Shown piece after piece: positions 1 through 13,186 of a DNA stretch of 64,000 bases. The stretch spans positions 58,652,001-58,716,000 of the forward strand of contig CM068745.1 in the NCBI GenBank assembly GCA_035084275.1. Reading direction: 5' to 3'. Every line of letters begins with the position of its first letter. The stretch's first letter is position 1. The notes below the pieces were generated by a model that was given only the letters and a program-made list of their open reading frames with translations, made no database searches and was not told the DNA's origin. The translations under genes were made by a program, and so were the position numbers. This DNA comes from Hydrolagus colliei (Eukaryota).

Positions 1-1290
1 TGGGGGGGGGGGCGCAGTTTGAGGTTCGAGTTGCGAGATATCCAATAAATGAATGTCCTGAATTTTTCAACATTTAGGATCATGGGGTTTGAAATTGTGG
101 GATGGAATTTATGGCTGGATATGAATTGATTAATCTGGAAAAAGACCTCTTGCTGTGCAGTATATTTTCTTCAGAGAACTGTGTGCAGTATATTTTCTTC
201 AGAGAACTGTGTGCAACATACTGATTTGTGCGACCTGAACTCCAAGAACTTCTCGGGTCAGAGCTGATGTCTTGCAAGTCAATATGACAATATGCAAGTC
301 TATATACAACCCTGCAGAATACTGTACACAGTTTATGTCTTCAGGCACTTTTCTGACAATTAGGAAACTTTATCAGTTTTCCTGAGGATCACCTTTTAAT
401 TCATGTTATTGACATCTATATTGTAAAAAATACTGACCATATTAGTAGCTTTTCATTAATCAGGATTGAGTATGCATCATTTGTTAGTATCAGGAGAGCT
501 ATTAACTCACTTATTCAGTGTCTGGTCCAATTACCACTCACATGAATATTTGGGTGGAAGATTACAATAATGCAGTCTTATTTTGTTTTTCTCATTATAG
601 AGCACTCTCATGTGAGCAAAATGCTTCAGATCACCGATACATTTTGTAGGTACCATTCAGGAAAAATACTTTTGAAACATGGTTAAAGGTTATACTAGTG
701 TGGGTATTTTGACTTTACTGGAATACTTTATGTGGCATTTTAGCCAAACTCATTACCATCTGTTAAAATAGTAAATCTAAACATATTCAATTGGCTTGTT
801 ACTGGAGGTAAAATCAAATGTAATGAATCTGTTTTAATTACATACATTTGTGATAACTGAATAAGAATGAAAGGAATAAAATCATGGGTGGGAATGCTAT
901 ATAACAGGTTGATGCTTCCATCCAGTTACTGTACCATTAATCTGGTTCAACTGACACAAATCTTATAATAAAACATAAGATTTTTACTCCGAACCTTTAC
1001 GTTATATTCAAAAGCTTGAGTCAAAACTAAAATATTTCTTAAGCCCACAGAATGCAATGTGGACTCTATTAATTGACTCACATGAATTGCAGAAATACAG
1101 CTGCAAATACAAGGGGAAAAAAAATTAAGACCACTAGGGGGAATGTTGTCTAAAGAGCTAGGGTGGGAAAGGAAAGGCATGTGATCTACAACAGTTGAAA
1201 ATGGTTAAAGGAACATTTTTATTTTGTCCCATCAAGTGTCTAAGAGCTACAGAAACTCATCACTATGCTTCTCTGTATCCATACCACCTT

Positions 1291-2066
1291 ACAACAACAA
1301 CAACAAAATTGCACTTATATAGCGCCTTTCACGTCAGGAGGACGTCCCAAAGCGCTGAACAGTCAGGTCGTGACCCAAGTGGTAGGGGGAGGGTCAGGGT
1401 GGGGGGAAGGGGAGGGAGAGTGGGAGTGGGGATAGAGTTAGGGGGGGAGCCGAAGGCGTGGTCGAAGAGGAAGGTCTTGAGACCGGCCTTGAAGGAGGAA
1501 AGGCAGGAAGCAAGGCGGAGGGGCTGCGGGATGGAGTTCCACAGTGTGGGAGCGGAGAGGCTGGAAGCACGGCCACCGATAGTTGGGCGGTTAGGGCGGT
1601 GGACGCGGAGTAGCCCTGAGTCTGCTGAACGGAGGGTGCGGGCAGGCTGATGGGGAGACAGTAGGTCAGAGAGATAGGCGGGGCCAAGGCCGCGAATGGC
1701 CTTGAAAGTGAGGACGAGGATCTTGAATTCGATCGGCTGGGGGATGGGGAGCCAGTGGAGACAAGCCAGGGTGGGAGTGATGTGGTCGTGAAGACTGGTA
1801 CGTGAGAGTACATGAGCTGCAAAATTCTGAATGATCTGCAGCCTGTGAAGGGAGGAGCTGGGGAGGCTGACGAGGAGAGAGTTCCCATAGTCGAGCCTGG
1901 AAATGATAAAGCCGTGGATGAGAGTTTCAGCGGCATGTGGGGTGAGGTAGCGGTGGAGTCTGACAATATTGCGGAGGTGATGGAAGGCTGTGCTGGTCAT
2001 GGAGCGGATGTGGGGGTTGAAGGATAGTTCGGGGTTGAACAAGACACCCAGATTCCTGATTGGCTT
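1291..2066 (-). mobile_element. 5'-truncated L2-type LINE (3' end of RT ORF plus 3' UTR and tail)
   Basis: ORF 1329..2096(-) has L2 C-terminal motifs (VRNLGV.F, SRLDY.N, LHWLPI..IEFKIL, WNSIP). The tail reads TGAAAGGCGCTATATAAGTGCAATTTTGTTGTTGTTG on the - strand at ~1291-1331. Confidence 0.9.
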
Positions 2067-3194
2067 ACAGTTCCACATGTGGATGTGAAGGAACAAACAT
2101 TTCTAAGGGCTTCTTAATGGTTTATTTGATTATTTAATATTCCTATGGCGCATAGACTATGATGAATGAAGATAACTGCATATTGTTGGATTCATCAGAT
2201 GTTTAAAAGACAAGAATATGTTTCAGTTAGTTGACCATTTAAGAGTGTGGGTAACTCATTTTATATTTTAGCTATGACAGAATGATACTCTCAATTCTTG
2301 ATGTGGTTGAACTTAGCTGTATAACTTTTTATTTGTGTGTTTAGTATTAAACAACAGGGGATTTCAAAGAATTAAAAATATATAACAAAACGACTTTAAA
2401 ATTAAGATTCTGAGGAAGTCTCACATTTCAAAATAAACAGAAATCTAGCCTTGTCAAAATATGTCTTTTATATTGTCATTTGATAATATAGAAACTTGTG
2501 AGCTCTTGAGAGATTTATGAACATTTTGCTGATACTGTATATGGTTTCCAAGCAAAATACTTTGATCTCAAGCACAGAGTAAGTTGAGTGCACTGGAAAA
2601 TTAGTCGAGTAACTATTAACTGTTCATTACTTGAAATATTACCATATTTATTGAGGTCAAACATTTGAAGAAATTCTCTGACATTTTAACAGCTAGAAAC
2701 CTTTCTCAGATGCAAACTTCCCGTTCAATTCTGAAGCCACAAAATCCTTTGTTCCACAATTTGTACAATACAGTATTACATATTGCATGTACTATATCTA
2801 TTTCCCACTTCTAGTTGGTAAGTATTGTTCTGCCTAGTTTTCCATGATTTGAGTATTTCCTCCCCTCCTCCATTAAAGATGTTGACTCACATGGACGTAC
2901 TTTGTCATGGGTACCAACACCCTGCAGTATCCCACCAATTGTCCATTTTTCTTGTGTGAACCAAAGAGTGCATGCTGGCAGGCTGTATAGCTGAGCCAAA
3001 ATTTATCTTTATCCAACATTCACTTTGCAGCAGGTGTTACGAGATAGCAATCAATTGGAGGAACTCTGGTAAATTACTTTTGTCTCCTCTCATCCAAAAT
3101 CCTGAACCCAATCGAAGAAATAAGATCAGCTAATTCAGCACACACTGTGGATCAAACCTGTGTTCTTCCAGGTTTGTGTGGCTCAGCTTAATAC

Positions 3195-3530
3195 TTGACC
3201 CCTCTTTGGACCACTAAGGCTTTCCTACTTGGCTCCAGACAACTATTCCTCACCTCAGGCACTGATAGGATCACTATTCATGGATGCACACTCTACTTCA
3301 CCAAGCCATCAGTAAAGAACCTTGATATCTTGTTTTATCCACAACTGTCCTTTACACCTCAAATTTGTGCCATGACCTGTTCTGCCTCCCCTCACTGCCA
3401 CAACATTGCCTGGCTCCATTCACAACCTTTCCCCTGAAGCAGCCAAGATCCTCATCTATGGGTTCATCACGTCCAGCCTTCATTATGCTAACTCCCTGCT
3501 TCCCAGAATTCCCAACTTTTTTCTCTGAAA
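3195..3530 (+). mobile_element. Degraded L2 RT fragment
   Basis: Translation resembles TEAILLG...IHGCTL...SVKNL.I.F.PQLSF.PQI, the same region seen in other L2 copies; frameshifted. Confidence 0.6.
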
Positions 3531-4762
3531 AACTACAACAACAACTTAAACTTATGAAGCGTCTTTCACGTCGGGAGGATGTCCCAAGGCACTGCACAGG
3601 AGGCGTGTGACCCAAGCTGGGAGGGGAGTGTTCGGGAAGGGGTGAAACACGTAGGGGAGGTTGAAGAAATTGGGGGGGAACAAAAGGCACGGTCGATGAG
3701 GAAAGTCTTCAAACTGTCCTTGAAAGAGGAAAGGGAAGAAACAAAGCGGAGGGATTGGGGGATGGAATTCCACAGGGTGGGAGCGTAAAAACTGAAGGCC
3801 CAGCCTCCAATGGTGGGGCGGTTTGGGCGTGGAGCTTGGAGCAGGCCAAGTCCTGCTGAACGGAGGGTCCGGGTGGGCTTATAGGGGGAGAGTAGATCAG
3901 TTAAATAGGGCGGGGCAAGGCCTTGAAGGTGAGGACGAGGATCTTGAACTCGATCCTCTGGAGGATGGGGAGCCAGTGGAGAGGGCGAGGGTGAAGGTTA
4001 TGTGGTCGCGGAGGCGGGTGCGGGATCGTACACGGGCTGCAGAGTTTTGGATGACCTGCAGCCTGTGAATGAATGAACTGGGGAGGCCGACGAGGAGAGA
4101 GTATCCGTAGTCCAGCCGTGAGGTGATGTATGTGTGCACGAGTGTTTCGGCAGCGCGGGGGGTGAGATAGTTGCGGAGCTTGGCAATGTTGCATAGGTGG
4201 AAATAAGCGGTGCCGGTCAAGGCACGGATGTGGGGGAGGAAGGAGAGTTTATGGTCGAACGTGATGCCGAGGTTCCTGACTGGCTTTGTGAGGTGGAGAG
4301 TACAGCCTTGGATGTTGAGGCTGGCAGTGCCCGATGTGCGAAGGCGCTGGCTTGAGACAATCAGGATGGCCTCGGTCTTGCTCATGTTCAATTGGAGGAA
4401 GTTGTCCCTCGTCCAGGATTCAATGTCGGACAGACATCCTGTCAGAACATCGATGGTCTGGGGGTTGAGGGATGAGGCAGAAAGGTACAGCTGGGTGTCG
4501 TCCGCATACATGTGGAAATTTACCCCATGTTTGCGGATGACATCGCCCAGAGGGAGCGTGTAAATGGTGAAAAGGAGGGGCCCGTGGACAGAGCCCTGGG
4601 GGACGCCATGAGAAACTGTGCGGGGGTTTGAAGAGAAACCGTTGGAAGATACAAATGTAGGCGGTGGGTCAGGTAGGAATGGAACCAGTCAAGGAATGTG
4701 CCTTGAAGGTTGAGGTGGGAGGAAAGACGTTGGAGGAGGATGGTGTGATCGACTATGTCGAT
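3531..4762 (-). mobile_element. 5'-truncated L2 LINE including RT catalytic motif
   Basis: ORF 3897..4511(-) starts [11 protein letters not shown] (RT YADD box); upstream VDHTILL.RL motif; downstream HWLPI; (AAC)n tail at ~3531-3546; frameshifts present. Confidence 0.9.
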
Positions 4763-5086
4763 CAACTAAACTACAGATTATTTAGAGCTCTAAAGCTCAT
4801 GTACTTTCCCGCATAGAACCATTGGAGATGTAAAGAGACGATTTAGGGGGCAGATCTCCACCATTTGGTTAATTTATTTACCTTGACAATGTGTGAGTTT
4901 ACAAAGAGGGAAAATCCCTTTCTAAAGTAATTTTAGGTTGGTATACTTATCAAACAGATAAAAATCACACCTATATTTCATTGAAGTCTTTACTTTCAGG
5001 CTCTTTTTCAAGTCAGTCTTTCATTTTAGAAAACTAAGCAGTTCACCACCTTATGAAATCCAGAATTCTGCCTTTCCCATATTTTG

Positions 5087-5396
5087 TAATAATAATAATC
5101 CCTGCATTTGATGTAGCGCTTTCACATCTTCTAGATGTCTCAAAGTGCTTCACAGAGTATCCTGTAAAGTGAATTGACTGTATATTTGTGGGCGAATCGC
5201 GGCAGGCAATTATGCACAGCAGTGTCCCACATACGAGTGGAATGGAAGTAACCCATTTATTATCATTATTTTTCTTGAGGAATTATTATCAGGCATGTAG
5301 AGTAAGGAAACTTGCCCAAGATTTCGCCTTGCCTGAATTGAACCCAGGTCTCTCGCTTGCAAGGCGGGAGCTCTAACCACTGAACTACAGAACTCC
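5087..5396 (-). mobile_element. Full-length tRNA-headed SINE with Deu-like body and (ATT)n tail
   Basis: The - strand begins GGAGTTCTGTAGTTCAGTGGTTAGAGC (A box), then CTTGCAA (TGC anticodon-like loop) and GGTTCAATTC (B box). Body TGTGGGACACTGCTGTGCATAATTG; L2-like 3' end GAAAGCGCTACATCAAATGCAGGGATTATTATT. Confidence 0.85.
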
Positions 5397-6725
5397 ACAG
5401 GACTCCACATTTCTTGTTCATAAGGTAGCAACTGTTGAATTAAAGGCAGCTGATGTAAAACAAAAGTCAGCATAAATCTACCAGAGTTCCCATGATGTGA
5501 CAAGAAGACAACAGTTCTTTAAAAAGGATCCTTATGAGAAATACAACAAATTAAATCCTACTCTCTTGGTTTCTCAAACCACATCATGGCCTTGAAATTA
5601 GACTCCAAACATAATTGAAGCAATGGATCAGCATTAGCAGTACACAATACACAGTCTTTAAGATATGTTACAAGTAGTAGAAAGTTGAAGTCCACTGCCT
5701 GCATAGCCGACACTTCATTCTTTATTAAATGTTCCATTCAGCCCACTTTTAAGCATTCATTCCAGATGCGACTTGGTAAAAACAAGTTGCTTTTCTAATA
5801 TGCCATTATGTCACGCTTAGGGCAAATTACCCTCTTGAGTATTAAACCTTCTTTATTACAAGTAGAATAAAACGCTCGCTGCCTACTTGCCAGTTCTTTA
5901 TTGCACAGATGACATGAACAAAAAGTCTTGACAAATGTTACGACACAATGAATTTTATAAATAGTATTCTTAACTGAAAGGCGGATTTCTTCCATTTCAA
6001 ATGCTTTTGCTGCAGAAATACTATTGTTGGCCTGAGAGTGCTTCAGCTGCAGGTCGGCTGTTTTTGTTTAGCCCATAAAATCACTTTCCAGCAGCTGTGA
6101 GGTCAGTCTGCGCATGCAGTATTACAGTCCTACCCAATAGAGAGAGACCAAAGGCGAGATAACAATGAGAAATCATTACTCTTTCTCAAAGTTGTCTACT
6201 TTTAATGAGAATTCATTTATCAACCATATTATATGCATTGATCTGTGGTCCCCGTTTCGCAATTTGAAACAAACTAATCAAGTTTCTAAATGTTTTAATA
6301 ATGCTAAATCCTATTTTGTTATGACACTTCTTCAAAAGGCAAAAACGTTTTAGTTTTGTCGCAACATTTTCTGTAAAGTGTTTCAAAACAGTGGTAACCT
6401 TTTCTCAATTTTCACACATTTGTTTGGACCTCTTGGAGCCAGGAAGCACTTATTGTTTTTAAGTGGCTTTAGTCATGTGATGACGGAATGACATTTTTCA
6501 TTTACAGGAATGGAGCATTTCCTGCTCCAGAGTTTCACATGAGAGTTTCCTCCTCTAATTGAATAGGCTTGAATAAGAAAGTGTACACCATTATATATTG
6601 AGGTGAACAATGCGAGCATGCTCTGCTCATTGTTCAATCTCACATTACTAATACCCAGTAAAAAAAAATGACTTACACAAAGCTTCTTTTGCCAAATTAA
6701 CCCTTTTATTAGCAACTAGAACTAT

Positions 6726-7235
6726 AATAATAATCTTTCCATTCTGTATAGCGTCTTATCACATCTTCAAGATGTCTCAAAGCGCTTTACAGTTTAGTGA
6801 CTGTGTGTTTTGTGGGGAAAACAGCAACCATTTGCGCACAGCATTGTCGCACAAACAGTTATGGATTGGTAGAATTGTTTTTTTGAAAAGCACCGATAAA
6901 CATGAATCTTCAACCTTCCTGAAGTAGAGTCCGGTAGCTTTGTAATTAGCGCACTCACCTCGCAAGCAAGAGAACCTAGATTCAGGTTCCTGGGCAGCTT
7001 TCCTAACTCCACACATCTTTGTTTACCTAGCTGTAAGTAGAAATCCAGTTGTCAATTGATCGATGGAACACTTTTCCAGAGGAAACAATGCCCTCAAAAA
7101 ATATTTTTTTTCAATTATGATAATAATTTGGTTACTCAATCCACGATTGTTTGTGAGATGCGGCTGTCATATTTCACTCACAAAGTGTACAGTCAATGGC
7201 ACTACATCAAATGGAAGGATTATCATTATTATTAT
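6726..7235. mobile_element. Two copies of the same SINE family: 3' fragment on - strand (~6726-6880) and degraded copy on + strand (~6927-7235)
   Basis: Shared tail and Deu-like motifs in opposite orientations; the + copy has a degenerate tRNA head (GAGTCCGGTAGCT...GCAAGCAAGAGAACC). Confidence 0.65.
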
Positions 7236-7239
7236 TCCC

Positions 7240-7700
7240 CACCTCCTTGCCTTCTTTATATCTTCTTTATGTTATTATAACCAAGCAGCTCCATGACACC
7301 ATCACCCTTCCTTGCTTAGCTCCATTGGCTCTCAATTTACCAATGGATTGAAATAAAGATCTTAGTACTCGTGTTCAGAAGCTTTTTTAGCCTCACTCCA
7401 CTCTATGCCTCTTCAAACCTTGGAAACCTATCACCCCAGCGCCTCCTTATGTTCCGCTAACATTGACATGCCCCCAACATTGGTGTGTGAACTTACAACC
7501 AATCTGCAGTCTTTCTCTGGAAATGAATCCTGAATCCCTCTGCCTCGTCCCCACTCCTCAACTTTTCAGACTGACTTAAGACCAAACTTTTTGATTGCTT
7601 TATGGTCACCGTTCTCTTCTCCTCAACCACCAACACCACAATCTGACTTGCCAAGGCATTTTGATATGTCCCTATAGTGAAGGTGCTCTATGGAAGTTGC
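7240..7700 (+). mobile_element. Highly degraded L2 3' fragment
   Basis: CATTGGCTCTCAATT (HWL.I), AAGATCTTAGTACTC (KILVL) and a tail remnant GTGAAGGTGCTCTATGGAAGTTG. Confidence 0.55.
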
Positions 7701-7979
7701 TTGGTGCAAGTCTGAGATGCTGCGGGCAAATGATTGAAGCAGGCATTATTATAGATGTCCTCCTGGTGTAAAAGGCATTATACAAGTGTAATTTTGTTGT
7801 TATTATGTGGTGCACAGTTTCCAACAGTGTCCACTGTCACTTAATGCGGTGTCTCTCACCTTCCAGAGATGTAAGAAATTAGCTCATTTGCCTTGCTATG
7901 TTCTGAAATAGTTCACTGCATACCATTGTTTTTGGGGTAGGTTGAAGTCTGGAAGTTCTTTGTGAGGTCAGCAATCACA

Positions 7980-8160
7980 TAATAATAATCCTTGCATTTA
8001 ATATAGTGCTTTTCACATCTTATTGATGTCCCAAAGCACTTCACAGAATACACTGTAAAGTGAATTGACTGTATATATTTGCGGGCGAATCGCAACAGCC
8101 AATTGCGCACAGCAGTGTCCCACAAACAGTCGTGGATTGAAATGACCAATTTTATTATTG
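7980..8160 (-). mobile_element. SINE 3' half (same family as 5087-5396)
   Basis: TAATAATAATCCTTGCATTTAATATAGTGCTTTTCACATC...GCCAATTGCGCACAGCAGTGTCCCACAAACAG on the + strand. Confidence 0.8.
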
Positions 8161-8877
8161 TGGGTTTTTTTTGTTTGTATTTTTGTTTGGTACATCAGCA
8201 TTATCCCAGAACTCTTTCTAGTGTACCTCAGGTTTGAATGATGATTACAGCTGATGATTACTTTTAAGAAGGAGATAATGAGACAGAATATTGGGAATGA
8301 ATTGAAAATGGCACCGTATCCTGGCAACAATCATGATGTATTAATCCCATGTCACAAAAACCTTCTATATAAAATCCATTTAAACAAAACCTTTCCGTTG
8401 AATAAAACTGTTTATAAATATTTTTTTATTGCCACTGTTATTCTAGAAAGGAGAAACAACTTAAGATCAACATGTTGAGCAATGTAGCAATGTACTGGCA
8501 CATTACCACATACGCACTTGCTTTAATTTTTCAGAGAGCTACACCAGACAAAGTATTTCATTACTTAGATAAACAAATTACGAATTGCCTTGTATCTTAA
8601 TCTCCAAGATAGCACCATGAATCAATATTTTAACATGCTGTCACTGAATAAATAGTCTTTATTTATTTACATGCTTCAGGATGCCACTCAGTGTGAGGAT
8701 CCCTATATAAAATCAAGTAATTGTTGTTGTCATCTTTGTATCAAAAATCATATGACTGATAGTGAAATATTACAATAAGTATTAATGTCATAAATAAAAT
8801 ATAGCCTTTTAAGTAAAATACAATAAAATGTCTCAGCGTATTTCTGTGTGTTTTAACCCCATGTAAAAATGTACTGT

Positions 8878-9716
8878 TTTCTTGCAGCTGAATGTTGACA
8901 AGACGGAGGCCATACTCCTTGGCTCTCGTCAATGTCTCCATTCACATGGCTCTCACCTCCTCCACCTTCCCGTCCTGCCCCCAAAACTCACCGAACCTGT
9001 GCGCAACCTTGGCATCAGGTTTGACCCCCAACTGTCCTTCCTCCCCCACAATCCAGTCCGTCACCAGCACTGCCTTCTACCACCTCCGACGGATCGCCAG
9101 TCTCCGGCAATACCTCACCTTAAAAGCCACTGAAACCTTGGTCCACGCCTTTGTCACCTCTCGGCTGGACTATTGCAATGCCCTCCTCGCCGGTCTCCCC
9201 TCCACCACAATCCACAAAATCCAGCTAATCCAAAACTCTACCGCCCACATACTCACCCGCTCTAAGCTTCGCTCCCCCATTACCCCAGTCCTTGCCAGAC
9301 TTCACTGGCTCCCTATCCCAGAGAGGATCGACTTCAAGATCCTCACCCTTGTTTTCAAATCCCTCCACTCCTCTGCACCCCCCTATCTCTCTGATCTCCT
9401 CTCCCCCCCAACCCAGCACCCGCTGCTTTCGCTGCTCTGGGTCTGGCCTCCTCCATGTCCCCGAAGTCCTCCGCTCCACCCTCGGCGGCCGTGCCTTTAT
9501 CCACTACGCCCCGAGGCTCTGGAACTCCCTTCCTCACTCGCTTCCTCTCTTCTCAGTTTCAGGTCACAGTTGAAGATCTTTCTCTTCGACCGAGCTTTTG
9601 GTCACCTTCCTGCCACTGCCCCTGGCTCGGTCCCGGGATCCGCTACTGTGAAGCGCTCTGAGACGCCGTCTGGCATGGAGGGCGCTATATAAATCAAAGT
9701 TGTTGTTGTTGTTGTT
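8878..9716 (+). mobile_element. 5'-truncated L2 LINE
   Basis: LQLNVDKTEAILLG, SRLDYCNALLAGLP, LHWLPIPERIDFKIL, LWNSLP; tail GGCGCTATATAAATCAAAG(TTG)n. Confidence 0.9.
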
Positions 9717-11282
9717 TTAGGTAAACAAATGCTATTTAACATTAATGGGAAACCACTGATTAAAAAAATGACAGCACAGGGATGATAGAATGAAGGCACA
9801 GAGTGTATGGTTTCAAAATATTTAAAACTCCTCACCACTTTCCTCTAAGTAAAAATCTCTAGTCTGCATCTTGCAGTTTAAAATAAAGGCAGAAATATGA
9901 TGCTTGAACAGAGGCTTAAAGGAAAAAAATTATATAGAAACAGCAGTTTAAATTCAGAACAATTTTGGTAACATTTTTAAATCCCAAAGGTGGCAAATGA
10001 CATCCCTAAGATATAAACACATTCAATATATTCTACTTGCACATGTTCTGCAAATCCCACATTAATATAAAATACAGTAATTGTATCAAAGTGTAAAGAT
10101 TGGAAGGAAGGAATAAATCAGATTAGATCATGCATTATGTGTCCTTCAGTGTGAAATATAGAGACAGACATATTCACAGTAACAACATGGGAAATCAAAT
10201 TATTCTGGAAATGTCTTACGCAACCTGCACTGTTTATAAACCCTGTCTTGAGTTTGCAGCCTTCCGCATGTGGGAAAAGACTTGTATTACAAATCAGTCT
10301 GGGGTGCCTTAAACAATATAACAAGGAAGTAAATGAAAATGATGCAGGGAAACTGCTTGGGTTGGTTACTTGGACAGATTATACAAGGTCTGCAATTAAT
10401 CAGCAAGACAACAATGGAAAGAATACTGAGTTAAACTTTCAAAACGGATTATAACAATAGCACCATTGCCACCACTGTGTGATGCTGTGAGCTTACAAAA
10501 CATACAACACAATTTTACAACTAAGAGCATGGTGTTATTAATAACATGATTAATGAGCATTAATAATTCTCAAGGAAATCAACTGCTGGAGAGGTCAGAG
10601 ATTTGATACAGCAGTTCTGCTTAGGAATCAAATAAACTCAACAGCTGTTCCCTGACCAATTTGTATGTTTAATTTGTACCAAGGTCCCTGGACTGGCTTC
10701 CCTGGCAGTGAGTGAATATCAACATGCCATAATACTCAATTTCTTCAGGATGCAATGAAGCTTTGTACGGTTCTCCAGGAACTTGTTTTTTTTGGAGCTC
10801 TCTCCTTCATGTCTCCTGATCACGCCACCCTACTTCCCCATTTTCAAATCAGACATTCCTTGTAACTGTGCTTGTGGTCACCTCCCCACTCTTTTCCCCG
10901 GTACACCGTAAGGCTCTGCTACAAAACAAGTGCTCTGAGACACTACCTCATGTGATGGGTACTCTATCGTTTAATGGAAATTGTTGTTATTGTTGTCATA
11001 AGAGTTATTTGTGCATAACTTGGGTGCTCTTAAAATATAGAATTATATTTCAACAGCCAAAAACAATGTAACTGAAACCATGGTTGTTACTGTAAAGTAA
11101 AAGGCAGATATTTTACCCTATTCTTTCTCTTCACCGGTGTATGAGGTTAGGAAGGCAGTGGAGGCTGGCACCCTTCCAGTATAGCAGCTTACCACCAATA
11201 TCATATTCCCAGTGTTTCCAGAGTATCAGTGACATCAACTGTAATATATACAAATATATTTGTGTACACTGTAATATATACA

Positions 11283-11581
11283 GAGCTGTGGCTCAGTGGT
11301 TAGAGCACTCACCTTACAGGTGAGAGACCTGAATTAAATTCCAGGCAGGGTGAAACCTTGGGCAGGTTCCCTACCAATAATCCCTCAAGGAAACATTAAT
11401 AAATTGGTCCTTTGAATCCATGACTGTTTGTGGGACGCTGCTGTGTGCAATCGGCTGTTGTGTTTCATCCACATATTTAATAATAATAAGTCAATTCACT
11501 TTACACTTTACAAGAGTTTTGAGACATCTAGAAAATGTGAAAAGCACTATATCCAATGCAAGGATTATTATTATCATTATA
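11283..11581 (+). mobile_element. Full-length tRNA-headed Deu-tail SINE
   Basis: GTGGCTCAGTGGTTAGAGCACTC head, TGTGGGACGCTGCTGTGTGCAATCGGCTG body, AAAAGCACTATATCCAATGCAAGGATTATTATT tail. A second tail fragment lies at ~11741-11854. Confidence 0.85.
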
Positions 11582-12875
11582 AATGCTCCATCTGAACTTG
11601 TCGGCAATAATGATGGTGGATCTGGTAAGAAAATATTCTGTTTATCAAACCAAAGATCAGTTTGATCTTATGATATTCTAGGTGTGATCTTATCCAAGAA
11701 GAATGATTCTTGTGACTTTAGGTCTCAACACATGGTATAATTTCGCCCACAAATATACAGTCAATTCACTTTACAGTGTATACTGTGAAGTGCTTTGAGA
11801 AGTCTAGAAGGCATCCAAAACGCTATTCCAAATACAAGGATTATTATTATTATTAATTGTCTTTTTCAGTGAGTCTCTACTATGTTCACATGTGTAAACA
11901 TTTAAGAGCACATAGGTGTACATATTACATGATTCAGATCCAAGTGTATTACCAATAGAGCTATTACAGCTGAGTAACAGAGCAGCCAAAACCTATTTTC
12001 AGAAATCTATCAATAAAATAATCCAACTCAAACTCAATGTTATCACAGACTGGCAGCAGTGTGCGGACTATTAAAGATTCCTTGACATAAATGGGGCAGC
12101 AAATTCAAGGATTAAGTTGCTATAGTGTTATGACTGTAGCCATGAATGTTGCCACAACAGATTATTTCAGATTCAACACCAAGAAACACAGATTATGCAA
12201 ACATTAATTTAACAGTTGTCCTCAACACAGATTGGTATCAAATTGGCTTATTAAGTAACAACATTGCTTTCAGTTAAACCAACATTTAAAAAATTACGGA
12301 CAGCAAAGAACTTCTGACATAACATAAAATTTTAGTTAAGGACCTTCAGTTATTTAATGGGAAATAGCATGTACATTAACAATAATTTGAAAAAATGTCT
12401 CACATTCTGATTGGAAATATTTTCTGCCTATTACACTCCATTAGTTTATTGTTTCTATAATGGAGAAACATTAAATTTGAACATATATTGAAGCAGTTTT
12501 CAAACACTGAACAGAGAACAATTTAATGTTGCATTGCAATACCTCTGTTTAACTAGCAGTAAGTAGGAACTCGTTGTTAGTCATCTGCTAATAATATTTC
12601 AAAAAATAATAATTATATCACTCAATTCACGACTGTTTGTGGGACAAACTAGTGAATTATGCAGTTACACCTGGAGACTGTACCGGCTGACAGCGGCGCT
12701 GTGGCATCCTGCATCACAAACCGTGCATGTAGCTAAACGGCAGCGGAAACAAAATAAAGAACACAGACGTAGCTAAGTCATGGCAACAACAACAAAATTA
12801 AATTTTTAAAGCACCTTTCACGTCAAGAGGACCCCAGCAATTATAGATTATACATTTATGATGAACATTATCAAG

Positions 12876-13171
12876 ATGCCTAAGTCAAAATCAAACCTTT
12901 CAAGGACGCATGAATATGCTAGATAAAAGAGAGAAGGCCCATTAAATGAAACTGAAGAACAAAGAACAGTACGGCTGAACTTCATTGCTGAAAGGACTGC
13001 AACAGCGCAGCAAAATTAGTTGCCCACTCAAAGAACAGCACGACCAAAATTAGTCCTCCGACATGTGTATAGATAAAGATGAAATATCTGTCTGTTTGTT
13101 TGTCTGTGTGTCAATCTACATTCTATATTGGATCATTTGGTTGGAACCGCAGCTGCAATGGTTACAGCTAT
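12876..13171 (+). mobile_element. Possible Helitron-like relic
   Basis: Frame from ATG 12876 reads MPKSKSNLSRTHEYAR*KREGPLNETEEQRTVRL (stops present), resembling charged N-termini of Helitron RepHel ORFs. It is followed by a TCTGTCTGTTTGTTTGTCTG tract and ...CAGCTATT end reminiscent of non-autonomous Helitrons. Pattern recall only. Confidence 0.3.
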
Positions 13172-13186
13172 TACACTATAATGTAA

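Noticed and set aside
155-215. 29-bp tandem duplication (and a 40-bp one at ~33947-34028)
   Set aside because: Simple two-copy slippage duplications with no further structure.
1329-9692. RT-like ORFs as functional genes
   Set aside because: All are 5'-truncated, frameshifted L2 copies with tails; none encodes a complete endonuclease-RT.
11283-11360. tRNA-Ala gene
   Set aside because: The tRNA-like heads here and at 5396, 46688, 50166 and 63670 lack a proper acceptor stem and continue into SINE body and tail.
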